From: Octopus vulgaris
Taxonomy: Eukaryota
Assembly (NCBI GenBank): GCA_951406725.2
Contig: OX597822.1
Location: 62,000,001-62,064,000 of the forward strand
Direction of reading: 5' to 3'
Length of the DNA: 64,000 nt
The notes beneath the pieces were generated by a model. That model was not told the origin of the DNA and searched no databases. It saw only the letters and a list, made by a program, of their open reading frames with translations. The position numbers and the translations under genes are program-made. This document shows, piece by piece, positions 1-13,231 of the stretch. Each line of letters begins with the position of its first letter. The first letter of the stretch is position 1.

Positions 1-108
1 GATTATTCACAAGCACATTCTCAACATACACACACACACATACATACATACATACATACATACATACATACATACATACATACATACACACACACATACA
101 TACATACA

Positions 109-186
<78 letters not shown>

Positions 187-187
<1 letters not shown>

Positions 188-886
188 TAGCATTAAAGAC
201 CCGTCGTTGCCGGGTCATAGTGCTAGTGCATGTATATATGTGTACATATTACATGTACATCTATATATATACATCTACACATAAAATGCAAAATACAAAG
301 TTATATCTTGATATCGCTAGTGATAATACTCAAAATATATAACTGGAATTGTTAGCTCTTCTTTTTTCTCTACATTGTATACTTTATAGACAATAGTCTT
401 TTCTTTAACTTAATTTTTTATTATCCATCCGGACTATTCCATTTCTGCACGCTAATTTTATTTAAATGTATTCCCATTCATGTGAAACCACTTATTCAAG
501 TTCAAATTATTGATGCAATTTTATACCAATTGCTATTTTTACTTTTGTATGTTACGATTATATTATACTTTAGTTTGATTTTAATTATTACTTACTACAT
601 ATAATTCAATTGTTATTATCATTTTTATTGTTATAGTGAAAGCATCTGACATAAAATAGAGAAATATTTTTGCTTCACTTTTAACACGTAATACTGAAAT
701 AGTGGAGAAGATATGATATTGCTATGGGCTCGCTCTAGGCAAGAAGTTGAACATTTTTTTTGCCGATGACACTCCCCGGACCCTAAGTAAGGCATGTGTA
801 AAATTTGAATGAAATTGGTTGTGTAGTTCTCAAGTTTTAGGGAAACATACAGACAGAACACATTCTCAGTTTTATATATATAAAGA
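187..886 (-). mobile_element. Non-autonomous Helitron
   Basis: Minus strand starts TC(TTTATATATAT) at 886 and ends CTAG at 187, inserted between A and T. Subterminal GC hairpin GACCCG..CGGGTC at 198-216. Internal remnant resembles a helicase C-terminus (KTIVYKV). Confidence 0.7.
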
Positions 887-904
887 TATATATCTGTATA
901 TGTG

Positions 905-1147
<243 letters not shown>

Positions 1148-1536
1148 ATGCTGTATTTTTTTCTTTTTTTAGAAAGCAATTATTTGAAAGAGTTAATTTT
1201 TGTCTTATCGTATTTTGCATTTCATATTTTTCCTATTTATTTTTTGTTTGTTTTTTTTCTGATTTCATTGTATTTATCTACGGCTTCTTTCTACGGATTT
1301 GTATTGATCTACGGCTATAGCTTTCTTAAAGCAAACCATATTTGGTAACCAGCCGAACTCATCTCTTGTCTGAGAAATGTATATTGAGATTGCTTACCAT
1401 CTGTAGTAGAGTTGATGTTTTGAACTACCATGGAGCTATCTGAAGATTGGTCAGTTTGTTAAGTATCAAACATTTGTGTATGTGTGTGTGTGTGTGCATG
1501 CGTGTGTACAAATATGTTTATATTATAATTTAAATC

Positions 1537-1598
1537 CGGACGAATATTGTTGTAATATCTATTTACATAACTAAAATGATTATGAAACAGCTGTAAAC
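1537..1598 (+). ncRNA. Degenerate minimal hammerhead ribozyme motif
   Basis: CGGACGA (CUGANGA-like) ... GAAAC-AGCT-GTA with palindromic stem III; stems I and II weak. Confidence 0.35.
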
Positions 1599-2094
1599 CA
1601 ATGAACAAACATCTATTCTCTCTCTCACTTCTTTCATTTGCTTAGTTCCTATACATACTCTCCACCATTGCAATTAATGGATTTTTCAGAACGAGGCTAA
1701 GGTTTATTCTAACCTTAACCATTTGCTGGAAAGCATATTGCGTGCTCTATTTCCGTCTTTGAATCCATATTCTTACCATTTACTTATCTGTCTATCTTCT
1801 CCCCTCCGTACCTACCTACTTACCTGCGTGTGTACCTATATACATACAGACATATATATACACACACACCACATACATACATATGTATGTATATAAATGT
1901 GTGTGTATGCATGTATATACGTATATATATATATATATAAATATATATATATATATTTGCATGCGTACATATATATGCATGCATACATACGTACGCATAC
2001 ATACATAATATATGCATATAAATAGGTATATACATATATATACATAGGTATGTACAAATAAATATATTCATATACACAAATATATGCATATATA

Positions 2095-2145
<51 letters not shown>

Positions 2146-2156
2146 CACACACAGAG

Positions 2157-2197
<41 letters not shown>

Positions 2198-2768
2198 GTG
2201 ATATACAAAAAGTTATGTTTCGTTTATTATAATTTGAAGAAATAACGGCTTCATTAATTGTCGCCATTTTCTTGAAATTTCAAGCGTAAAATTAATATTT
2301 TTTCCTCTTCCACGTGCTTGATGTTTTAATCAAGTACAGTGTATAGAGACACGTTCCTCCTCTTCCAGCACCCATTTCTCTACTATTTAAGCACTTTTTC
2401 CTTCTCTCGATCTCTTAAGCACACACACATACACATACACATACAGACACACACACAGTACTATCATGCCCACTACTCACACTCACTCACAAACCATCAT
2501 ATACACGGCCACATTCAATCATACACATACACATACCGATTCTCAGTTACAGTCAAATACAAGTGTATTGTGAATCATACACATTCATTTTCAGTTTGAC
2601 TTCCTCGTTCTTCTCCTTCTGCTATGTTTTTCTAAACATATTAATATTCAGTTTTATTAATCTAGTGGCAAGCTTTTAATTTCAACAAAACACTTTTCCA
2701 TTGTTCTGCAACATTCAATTCTCTCTATTCAACTATGCATACGTTTATACATACATGTATGTGTATGT

Positions 2769-2819
<51 letters not shown>

Positions 2820-3047
2820 GTTTATGCACGTATGCACACACACTCACATACACACACACATATAGAGATAGATAGACAGATAGATAGATATAAATAGATA
2901 TAAATATATATATATATATGTGTGTGTGTATATATATAAATATATATATATATATGTGTGTGTGTATATATATATATATGAATTTTTTGCGTAATGAGAT
3001 AAAAAAAAACAAGGCTGAACAGATATTAGAACATTTATAGAAAGAAG

Positions 3048-3102
3048 GTCTTACAGCTGTTTCTAGAATATTAATTAATAGTAATATCCCTTCATCGAAG
3101 AC
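3048..3102 (-). ncRNA. Minimal type I hammerhead motif (PLE pLTR type), mutated core
   Basis: Minus strand: GTCT-TCGATGA-A-GGGATATTA..TAATATTCT-A-GAAAC-AGCT-GTA-AGAC; stem I GTCT/AGAC. Confidence 0.55.
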
Positions 3103-3138
3103 GGTGTGATACGAAAAGTTAACTCATAGTTAGTTTCG

Positions 3139-3191
<53 letters not shown>

Positions 3192-3204
3192 TGCGTGCGT
3201 GCGT

Positions 3205-3279
<75 letters not shown>

Positions 3280-3289
3280 CATATATGCA

Positions 3290-3445
3290 TCAGCCCAAAT
3301 TGCGAGAATGATCCGGTTCTTGACTGAGGATAGGAAGCTTCGACTGACCAGTCCTTGTTTTTTTATATCGTCTATCTGGATGTTTAGTTGTCCCATTTTT
3401 GTATCATCTAGTTGTCCGGATGTTTTGCGTTCTTGTCCCATTTTG

Positions 3446-3450
<5 letters not shown>
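3290..3450 (+). repeat. Unclassified dispersed repeat (second copy at about 57580-57737)
   Basis: GAAATTGCGAG..GTTCTTGACTGAGGAT..GTTGTCCGGATGTTTTGCGTTCTTGTCCCATTTTGTAT is shared by both loci. Confidence 0.75.
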
Positions 3451-3488
<38 letters not shown>

Positions 3489-3825
3489 ACTAGGGTTTTA
3501 GGAAACACCTACATTGCTAGAAATGAAAGCTAAACCGCTTTAATGCTGTAGTTAACGTACAGGAATGAAAACATGCACTAACGGGGACCATAATCGTCTG
3601 AAAAGTGCCGACCAAATCGCTAAATCATCCAATTCTTTAGATGACGAAAATATAAATACTAATGGGGAAGCGAGTCCGAAAGAGCCGAAGTCAAGCTGCC
3701 TTGACAAATGAGGCAACGGGAATTACCGAAACTAACGCGTCAGTATAAAGAATACTCGATCGGCACTTTTCGGACGATTATGGTCCTTGTTCTTTTTGGT
3801 GAAACATTGCAAACTGCTTATATTT

Positions 3826-3917
<92 letters not shown>

Positions 3918-4016
3918 AAGAATAGCAGCGTGGAAGGTGTTTAAAAGCCATTTTAGAAACACACAAAAACCGTCAGATTCACGTCGACATTGAAATTTAA
4001 TTTGCTAAAATATATT

Positions 4017-4107
4017 CGTCGTTTTCAGAACGCAACCTATTCACTAAGAAAGTTCCGTGCTGCACGGAATTTTGTCAGTGAACAGGTCGCGGTCTCAAAG
4101 CGAGAAA
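4017..4107. repeat. Imperfect palindrome of two head-to-head hammerhead-like arms
   Basis: Centre TTCCGTGC-T-GCACGGAA at 4061; the right arm reads TTGTCA-GTGAACA-G-GTCGC..GCGA-GAAA. Confidence 0.6.
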
Positions 4108-7100
4108 CCAATCGACCGACCAACCAACCAACAAACCAGCAAATTAACTGACCAACCAGCCGACAAACCAACCAACCAACAGACATATAGCCAACCAACC
4201 AACAAACCAACCGACAAACCAATCGACAAACCTACCGACAAACCAACAAGCCAACGAACCGACAAACCAGCCAACCAACAAACCGGCCGAAAAACCAACC
4301 AACCTACAAACAAACCAACCAACCAACAACCGACCGACAAACCAACCAACCAACCAACCAACCGACCGACAAACCAACCAAACAACCAACAGACCGACAA
4401 ACCAGCCAACCAATCAACCGACCGACCGACAAACCAGACGACAATCCAACCAACCGACAAACCAGCCAACCAATCAACCGAACCGACAAACAAGCCAACC
4501 AACCAATCGACCGACAAACCAGCCGACGATCCAAACAACCGACAAACAAACGGACCCATCAATCAACCAACCGACAAATCAACCGAACAACAAACCAACC
4601 AGCCGACAAACCAACCAACCAACCAAACCAGCCGAAAATCCAACCAACCGACAAACCAACCAACCAATCAAACGACCGAACGACAACCCAGCCAACTAAC
4701 CAACCAACCGACCGACAAACCAACCAAACAACCGACCGACATACAAACCAGCCAACCAACCATTCAACCGACTGACAAACCAACCAGCCAGACAACCAAC
4801 CGACAAACCAGCCGACGATCAAACCAACCGACAATCCAACCAACCAATCAGCCGACAGACCGACAAACCAGCCAACCAACCAACCGACCAACAAAACAAC
4901 CAACAAACCAACCGACCGACAAACAAGCGGACAATCCAGCCAACCGACAAACCAACAAACCAATCAGCCGACCGACCGACAAACCAGCCAACCAACCAAC
5001 CAACCAACCGACATACAAACGAGCCAACAAACCAACCAACTGACAAACCAGCCAAACAGCGAACCAACTGACCGACAAACCAACCACACAATCAACCAAT
5101 CAACCGACAAATCAACCAACCAGCTGACCGACAAACCAGCCGACAATCCAACCAACCAACCGAACCAACCAACCAACCAACCAACCGACCGACAAACCAG
5201 CCAACCAGCCAACCAAATGACCGACAAACCAACCAACCAATCAACCAATCGCCCGACAAACAAACCAACCAACCGACCGACAAACCAGCCGACAATCCAA
5301 CCAACCAACAAAACAACCAGCCAACCAACCAACCGACAAACCAACCAACCAATCAACCAATCAACAGACAAACCAACCAACCAACCAACCGACAAACCAT
5401 CCGACAATCAAACCAACCAACAAAACAACCAACCAACCAACCGACCGACAAACCAGCCGACGATCCAAACAACCGACAAACCAACAAACCAACCAACCAA
5501 CCGACCGACAAACCAGCCGACAACCCAACCATTAAAAAACCAACCAACCAATCAACCGACCGACCGACAAACCAGCCAACCAACCGACCGACCGACAAAC
5601 CAACCCACCAACTAACCGACAAACCAGCCGACAATCCAACCAACCGACAAACCAGTCAACCAACCAATCAACCGACCGACCGACAAACCAGCCAACCAAC
5701 CGTCCGACAAACCAACCAACCAGCCAACCGACCGATAAACCAGCCGACACTCCAACCAAACGACAAACCAACCAACCAACCGACCGACAAACCGACAAAC
5801 CAAACAACCACAATCAACCAATCAACCGACAAACCAACCAACCAACCGACCGAACGACAAACCAGCTGACAATCCAACCAACCAACAAAACAACTAACCA
5901 ACCAACCGACAAACCAGCCAACCAACCAACGAAACGACCGACCGACAAACCAACCAACCAGTCAACCAACAAACCGACAAACCAACCAACCAACAAACTG
6001 ACCGACAAACTAAGCAACCAACCAGCTGACAAACCAACCAACCGACCGACCGACAAACCAGCCGACAATACAACTGACCGACAAATAAAACAACTAATCA
6101 ACCGACCGACCGACAAACCAGCCAACCAAACAAACAACCGACCGACAAACCAACCATCCAACCTACCGACAAACCAGCCGACAATCCAACCAACCGACAA
6201 ACAAGCCAACCAATCAACCGACCGACCGACAAACCAGCCAACCAACAAACCGACAAAGCAACCAACCAATCAATCGACCGAAAAACCAGCCGACAAACCA
6301 ACAAACCGACCGACAAAACAGCCAATCAACCAACCAACCGACAAACTAACCAACCAACCGACCGACCGACAAACCAGTCGACAATCCAACAAACCGACAA
6401 CCCAACCAACCAATCAACCGACCGACCGACCGACCGTCAAACCAACCAACCAATCAACCAACCAACCAACAAACTAACCAACCAACCGACCGACCGACAA
6501 ACCAGTCGACAATCCAACAAACCGACAACCCAACCAACCAATCAACCGACCGACCGACCGACCGACCGACAAACCAACCAACCAATCAACCAACCAACCA
6601 ACCAACAAACCAACCAACCAACCGACCAACAAACCAGCTAACCAACCAACCCACCGACAAACCAACCAATCAACCGACCGACCGACAAACCAGCCAACCA
6701 ACCAACCAACCGACCGACAAACCAACCAACCAGCCGACAATCCAACCAACCGACAAACCAACCTACCATTCAACCGACCGACAAACCAACCTACAATCCA
6801 ACCAATCAACAAACCAACCGACCGACCGACCGACCGACAAACCAGCCAACGAACCAACCAGTCAACCAACCGACAAACAAACCAACAATGCAACCGACCG
6901 ACAAACCAGCCGACAATCCAAACAACCGACAAACGACAAACCAACCAACCAACCGACCGACAAGCCAGCCGACAATCCAACGAAACGACAAACCAGCCAA
7001 CCAACCATCAGACAAACCAGCCAACCAGTCAACCGACCGACAAACAAACCAACAAGGCAACCGACCGACAAACCAGCCGACAATCCAAACAACCGACAAA

Positions 7101-8158
7101 CCAACCAACCAACCGACCGACAAGCCAGCCGACAATCCAACGAAACGACAAACCAGCCAACCAACCATCAGACAAACCAGCCAACCAGTCAACCGACCGA
7201 CAAACCAGCCGACAATCGAACCAACCGACAAACCAGCCAACCAACCTACCAACCGACAAACCAGCCAACCAATCAATTGACCGACCGACAAACCAGCCAA
7301 CCAACCAACCGACCGACAAACCAACCAACCAGCCAACCGACTGACAAACCAGCCGACACTCCAACCAACCGACAAACCAACCAACCAATCAACCGACCGA
7401 CCGACAAACCAACCAACCACTCAACCAACCGACCGACAAACCAACCAATCAACCAGCCGACCCACCGACAAACCAAACAACCAACCAACTGGCCGACAAA
7501 CCAGCCAACCAACCAACCGACCGACAAACCAGCCGACAATCCAACCAACCGACAAGCCAGCCGACAATCCAACCAACCCACAAACCAGCCAACCAATCAA
7601 CCGACCGACAGACAAACCAACCAAACAGCCAACCGACCGACAAACCACTCGATATCCAACCAACCGACAAACAAGCCAACCAACCAACCGACCGACAGAC
7701 AAACCAACCAACCAGCCAACCAACCGACAAACCAGCCGACAATTCAACCAACCGACAAACAAGCCAACCAACCAACCGACCGACAAACCAGCCGACAATC
7801 CAACCAACCGAAAAACCAACCAGCCATTCAACTGACCGACAATCCAACCAACCGACAAACCAACCAACCAATGAACTGACCGACCGACAAACCAGCCAAC
7901 AAACCAGGCAACCGACCGACTAACCAGCCGCCAATCCAACCACTCGACAAACCAACCAACTAACCGACCGACAAGCCAGCCGACAATCAAACCAACCGAC
8001 AAACCAGCCAACCAACCAACCGACCGACCGACAAACCAGCCAACCTACCAATCAACCGTCCGACAAACCAACTAACCAGCCAACCGACCGACAAACCAGC
8101 CGACAATCCAACCAACCGACAAACCAACTAACCAATCAACCGACCGACCAACAAAACC
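4105..8158. repeat. About 4-kb complex tetranucleotide satellite (CCAA/CCGA/ACAA variants) with higher-order duplications
   Basis: Visible directly; strand almost entirely A/C; an inverted copy of about 80 bp lies at 8172-8252. Confidence 0.95.
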
Positions 8159-8803
8159 ATGCTATGAATTTCGGTTGGCTGGTTGGTTGGTTTGTCGGTT
8201 CATTGGTTGGTTGGTTTGTCGGTCGGTTGGCTGGCTGGTTGGCTGGTTTGTCTTTAGATTTTGTTTTCGTCATTAAGTCAATCAACTCATATCTTATTTT
8301 TTATAACGGATAAGTTGACGCAGTTTACTATTTGTTTGTTTGTTTGGTTGTGTTTCATGTTATTTCTTTTTGGTGTTTTTATTGTTTGTGTACCTGTGTT
8401 TTCTCCTTGTTGTCTTCTTCTTCTTCTTCTTCTTCTTCTTCTTCTTCTTCTTCTTCTTCTTCTTCTTCTTCTTCTTCAAATCAGGACTCTCGCCACAAAG
8501 AATAATCTCTAATTCGAGTCTGCACTAAGCTCCTAAGAATGCGTGTGGCAACTTGAAGATCCACCCACCATACACGATAGACTGGCGGTTGCACGGGCGC
8601 AAAAGCTACGTTGTTATCCTCATTCCATAAACGGTGGCTTTTTTTAACGGGTGCTGAGCTGAACCAACCTAGAATAAGTACTCGGCTTACAACGAATAAA
8701 GTTCTGTGGTCGATTTGCTCGGTTATATGTGCTGCAGTCAAATGACTGAAATAAATAAAAAATATATGTGTGTGTGTGCGCGTGTATGTATATATGTGTG
8801 GTG

Positions 8804-8867
<64 letters not shown>

Positions 8868-10141
8868 TGTGTGTGCAGACTTTTTGAAGAGCGGTCTGAC
8901 AAAAGTTTTGACAATGACATGTTAGATGACTCGAAAGCTGCTAATATTTTAGATCAGCCGCGCTATGCAGCAGTACAATATTAATGATTAAGAATCTGAT
9001 ACATGTTGAAAATATTGTTCTCACTGGGGGGGTGCCAAATTCCACTCACAATAATAGACGTGGCCTTTCGCTTAAGAAAACTTCAGTTAATGGTGTATAT
9101 AAACTTTCCCATTCTAATCAATAAATCTATGAAATTTACAGTTGCAGGGCTGAATACTGAAGAATACTGCTTAGCTTGCGGCTAATTTTATGAAAGATGT
9201 TAAAGATATGGAAGCTTCAATAATTTCTCTTAATGCCTACTGGTATAGAGGACACACAGACTAGCAACTTGAGATACAAGTATGCATGTTCAGAACTTTC
9301 AAAGCTTTTACGAATACAGCACTAGTATATTATGATAGGGCTTCTCGCATTCTTAATATCACGTCCTTGGTTCTACATGTATTGTAATTTCAATATTGGA
9401 AGAGCGAGCTTCCTTTAGGCATTCCAGTTTCCTTGTTATTACAAGACTGAATTTATATCCATGTGTTTCACCTCCCAACACTCCGGTTTCTATTCATTTT
9501 TCAAATTATTTTAGTAATAAAAGAATTTCAATATATAAAAAAAAAGGATATTACGTTAAATAATATTTTCATATGAAATAAAACAGTTTTCACTCTAATT
9601 TCTGCTCTCATTTAATATGCCGAATTAGCTGTATATCATTTATACAGTTATATTAAGAAATACCCTATTAATATTGAATAGGAGTCTGTTACACAGTGCA
9701 TCAGATACTGAACTGTATAAACGCAGAACAAGCAATTTCATTTCTTACATAAAAGCCAACTTTTGAAGAGAAATCCAATAGTGTTCTATTACGCAAAAAA
9801 ACTTACTCCATTAAGAACCAAGCTGGGCTAATTACAGTTACTTTTCAGCCTGGGGAACATCGGATATTCTGTTGGTTCTATATGAAGTTAAGATAATTAT
9901 GGATGTCAATTACATACAACGTTAGGTAAAATCTAAAACTGTATTCCACAGTACAGTATAGCTTCCAAGCAAAACATCTCTAACGCAACAGAAATATACG
10001 TGTGTATGCTAACGTTTTCTCCATTATATTAAGGATATTTATTTCGGTTATTTATGCATTCTTTTTCAATAATTATTAATAGTAGTATGATTATAACAGT
10101 GCTTTGTTTTCTTGTTTATTTAAGGATATTACGATGAAATA

Positions 10142-11401
10142 TTAGGTCGTCAAGTATTAAATTTATAGTAAGGTATATGGTAAACTTTGACAGCTGCTCA
10201 TTTTGCACCATTATTATATTTTAACAATCTTTATTTTTTGTTAGAAAGCTGACACATCTATTTCTTTATTCTAACTCACTTTTCGCTTTATAAAGTATTT
10301 ATAAATCGTTTTTTTTGGGGGGGCTATTTTTGTTTAGAGATGGAGAAGTCGAAAATTCGTACAGTTTTGAAATATGAGTTCTTTCTTTGAAATACAGCAG
10401 CACAGACAGTTCGGAATATTAACAGAGTATTTCATTCTAATGTTATTATACAGCAGATAGTATCAAATTGATGTGCAAAATTTCGTTCTGCTAACTTTGA
10501 CCTCACAAATGAGCAACGAGGCCGACCTGAAACAAAAGTGGATAATGACGAACTGAAAGCCACCGTCGAAACAGATCCACCTCAAATTGCCCGTGAATTA
10601 TCGTTGTTGTTTGGTGTTAGCAAGCAAACAATATTGACTCACCTAGTTCAAATCGGTAAAGTGAAAAAGTTGGATAAGTGGGTTCCACATGAACTCAATG
10701 AAAATCAGAAACAGCAACGTTTGGAATTCTGCATTATGCTACTTTCTCATCACAAAAATGAATCATTTTTTAATCAAATTGTAACATGTGATGAGAAATG
10801 GATCCAATACAACAACCGTAAACGTTCAGCACAATGGTTGAACAAAGACGAGCCACCAAAACAGTCCAAAAAGCAAAATTCATCAAAAGAATCTGATGGT
10901 GTGTGTTTGGTGGTCTGGCGCAAGTGTGATCCATTATGATTTCATTAAACCTGGCTCATCAATCACGGCCGAAGTGTACTGCGGCCAACTGGAACAAATG
11001 ATGCAGAAACTTACAAAAAAACAGCCTAGATTAGTCAACAGATCCACTCCTATTTTATTGCAAGACAGCGCCAAGCCACACATCGCAAAAATGACATTGG
11101 CGAAACTACAGGAGTTGGAGTTGGAAGTTTTCTATCATCCACCATACTCAGCTGATCTTGCCTCCGCTGACTACCTCTTCTTTCAGAATTTGGATAACTT
11201 TTTGAGAGCAAAAAAATTTAATTCCGGCAATGCTGTAAAACATGCCTTCCAAGATCTTATTGACTCTAGATTGCCAGGTTTTTACAGTTCTGGGCTGGAC
11301 AAGCTACCGCTGAAATGGCAAAGGTGCATTGACAATAAGGGTGTATACTCTGATGAATAACACTTTTTTCTTTTCTACAAATTTCATACTTGACGACTTA
11401 A
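10142..11401 (+). mobile_element. Full-length mariner transposon, decayed
   Basis: Left terminal inverted repeat (TIR) TTAGGTCGTCAAGTATTAAATTT; right end reverse-complements to TTAAGTCGTCAAGTATGAAATTT; TA at 10140-41 and 11402-03. Confidence 0.95.
10340..11360 (+). pseudogene. Mariner DD34D transposase pseudogene
   Basis: MEKSKIR.., WVPHEL, TCDEKW, LQDSAKPH and YSADLASADY motifs; two early stops and one frameshift near 10870-10900. Confidence 0.93.
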
Positions 11402-11598
11402 TATCATCACGCATACATTAGCTTCGTACATGCACAAATGCTACCCACACCTTCAGTCACCACTCACAGTTTTACTCCTTTCCATTCATGCCTCTAGCGA
11501 CCTCTTTTTCATCTGGTCATTTCAGTATGTGGTGCCCGTTGTAATTCAGACACGTTTGTTTTTTTCTCTCTCCATTTTTCTCTTCTCATCTATTCTTT

Positions 11599-11623
11599 CT
11601 GAAGAAGGGCGTATACTCGAAAC
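11599..11623 (+). ncRNA. Truncated hammerhead-like core
   Basis: CTGAAGA-AGGGCGTATACTC-GAAAC; the 3' part is missing. Confidence 0.3.
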
Positions 11624-12354
11624 ATCATCAACATAATGTGCGTGTGTGTGCGTGTGTGTTTCACAGATCATGTAAGCTTCATATGTCAGACCACCAAGTA
11701 GTATTCAATATAAAGAATTGTAGAGTTGAAATATATTGTGTAAATTGATATTCAGATATTCTCTTGCTGTTTCTTGTTGCTTGAGCCTATATCAGCCCTG
11801 ATCCAACAGATCTAAAATCAAAAACGTTTCACCTATAACCTTCTAGTTCTTTTGTTTGTTTGTTTGTTTGTTTGTTTGTTCTTTTCACAGCATTCAAAAC
11901 TGTATTACATGTTAACATGTCCTTCTTCTATACGAGAGGGAACTACGTTTTAATGGAGATTTTTTTAACGCTATTTCTAATAAACAGGTTGATCCAGTGC
12001 ATAGAGTCTCGATATTTTCCTTGTTAGCTTGTGCTACATTAGCACAGGTTTAAATCAGTTCCTGACTTACGACACAAACAGGTCGATAATGTTCATAAGC
12101 AGCAAGAAATTATACTAATCAATGGCAGCTAATTGCAGAAATCAATAGATTAAACTTCACGAAGCAATTTGCAAGATTACTAATTAACTGACAGAAAAAA
12201 AAATATATTTAAAAAAACAGAATGAACGAAAACGAGAAAAAGAAAAATGGTTTGTTTCTTTTGTGTATTTAGAGAAAGTTTCAAGATATAATTTGGAATG
12301 ATAAAAATATATGAAAGATGAAAGATGTTAATTTAGAATAACTAAATCATCATA

Positions 12355-12416
<62 letters not shown>

Positions 12417-12438
12417 ATTATTATTATTGTTGTTGTTG

Positions 12439-12511
<73 letters not shown>

Positions 12512-12717
12512 TATTATTATTATTATTATTATTATTCAACATTTCATGTCCGTAAGGGTACACACACATGCATCACAACATATGCATTGATCTCATATCA
12601 AGATAAAAGCACATGACCTTGCAGGTGGGGCCCAGTTAGAATTTTCTTCAGGTTGAGTAGCCCATCCCGCTCAAAAGGTCCCTGAATAAGGGTTGTTTAA
12701 AGATGTTGAAAGAACCA

Positions 12718-12801
<84 letters not shown>

Positions 12802-12802
12802 A

Positions 12803-13094
12803 CATTTCGTCCGTGTTTACGTTCTGAGTTCAACTTTGCCCTTTTGTCCTTTCAGGGTCGATAAAATAAGTACCAGTTGAATACTGGGGTTGATGTAGTC
12901 GACTTACCCCCTCTCTGAAATTGCTGGCCTTGTCCCAAAATATGAAATCATTATTATTAAGGCAGCGAGCTGGCAGAATTGTTAGCACGCCGGACAAAAT
13001 GCACAGCGGCATTTGGTCCGTCGTTACATTCTGAGTTCAAATTCCGCCGAGATCTACTTGCCTTTCATTCTTTTGGGGTCGATAACATAAGTAC
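12803..13094 (+). mobile_element. SINE family B (Nin/Deu-domain-like), two tandem pieces; the second resumes at 18577-18660
   Basis: GCCTTTCATTCTTTTGGGGTCGATAA..AAGTAC core; same family as 41764-42160. Confidence 0.75.
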
Positions 13095-13162
13095 TTAACT
13101 ACTAGTGGTTAAGAGCGCGGGCTTCTAACCCCAAGATTGCGAATTCGATTCCAAGCAATGAT

Positions 13163-13230
<68 letters not shown>

Positions 13231-13231
13231 T

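Noticed and set aside
4057-8011. Long ORFs (up to 328 aa; PTNQ- or VGWL-rich)
   Set aside because: Artefacts of a stop-poor satellite; open in many frames on both strands.
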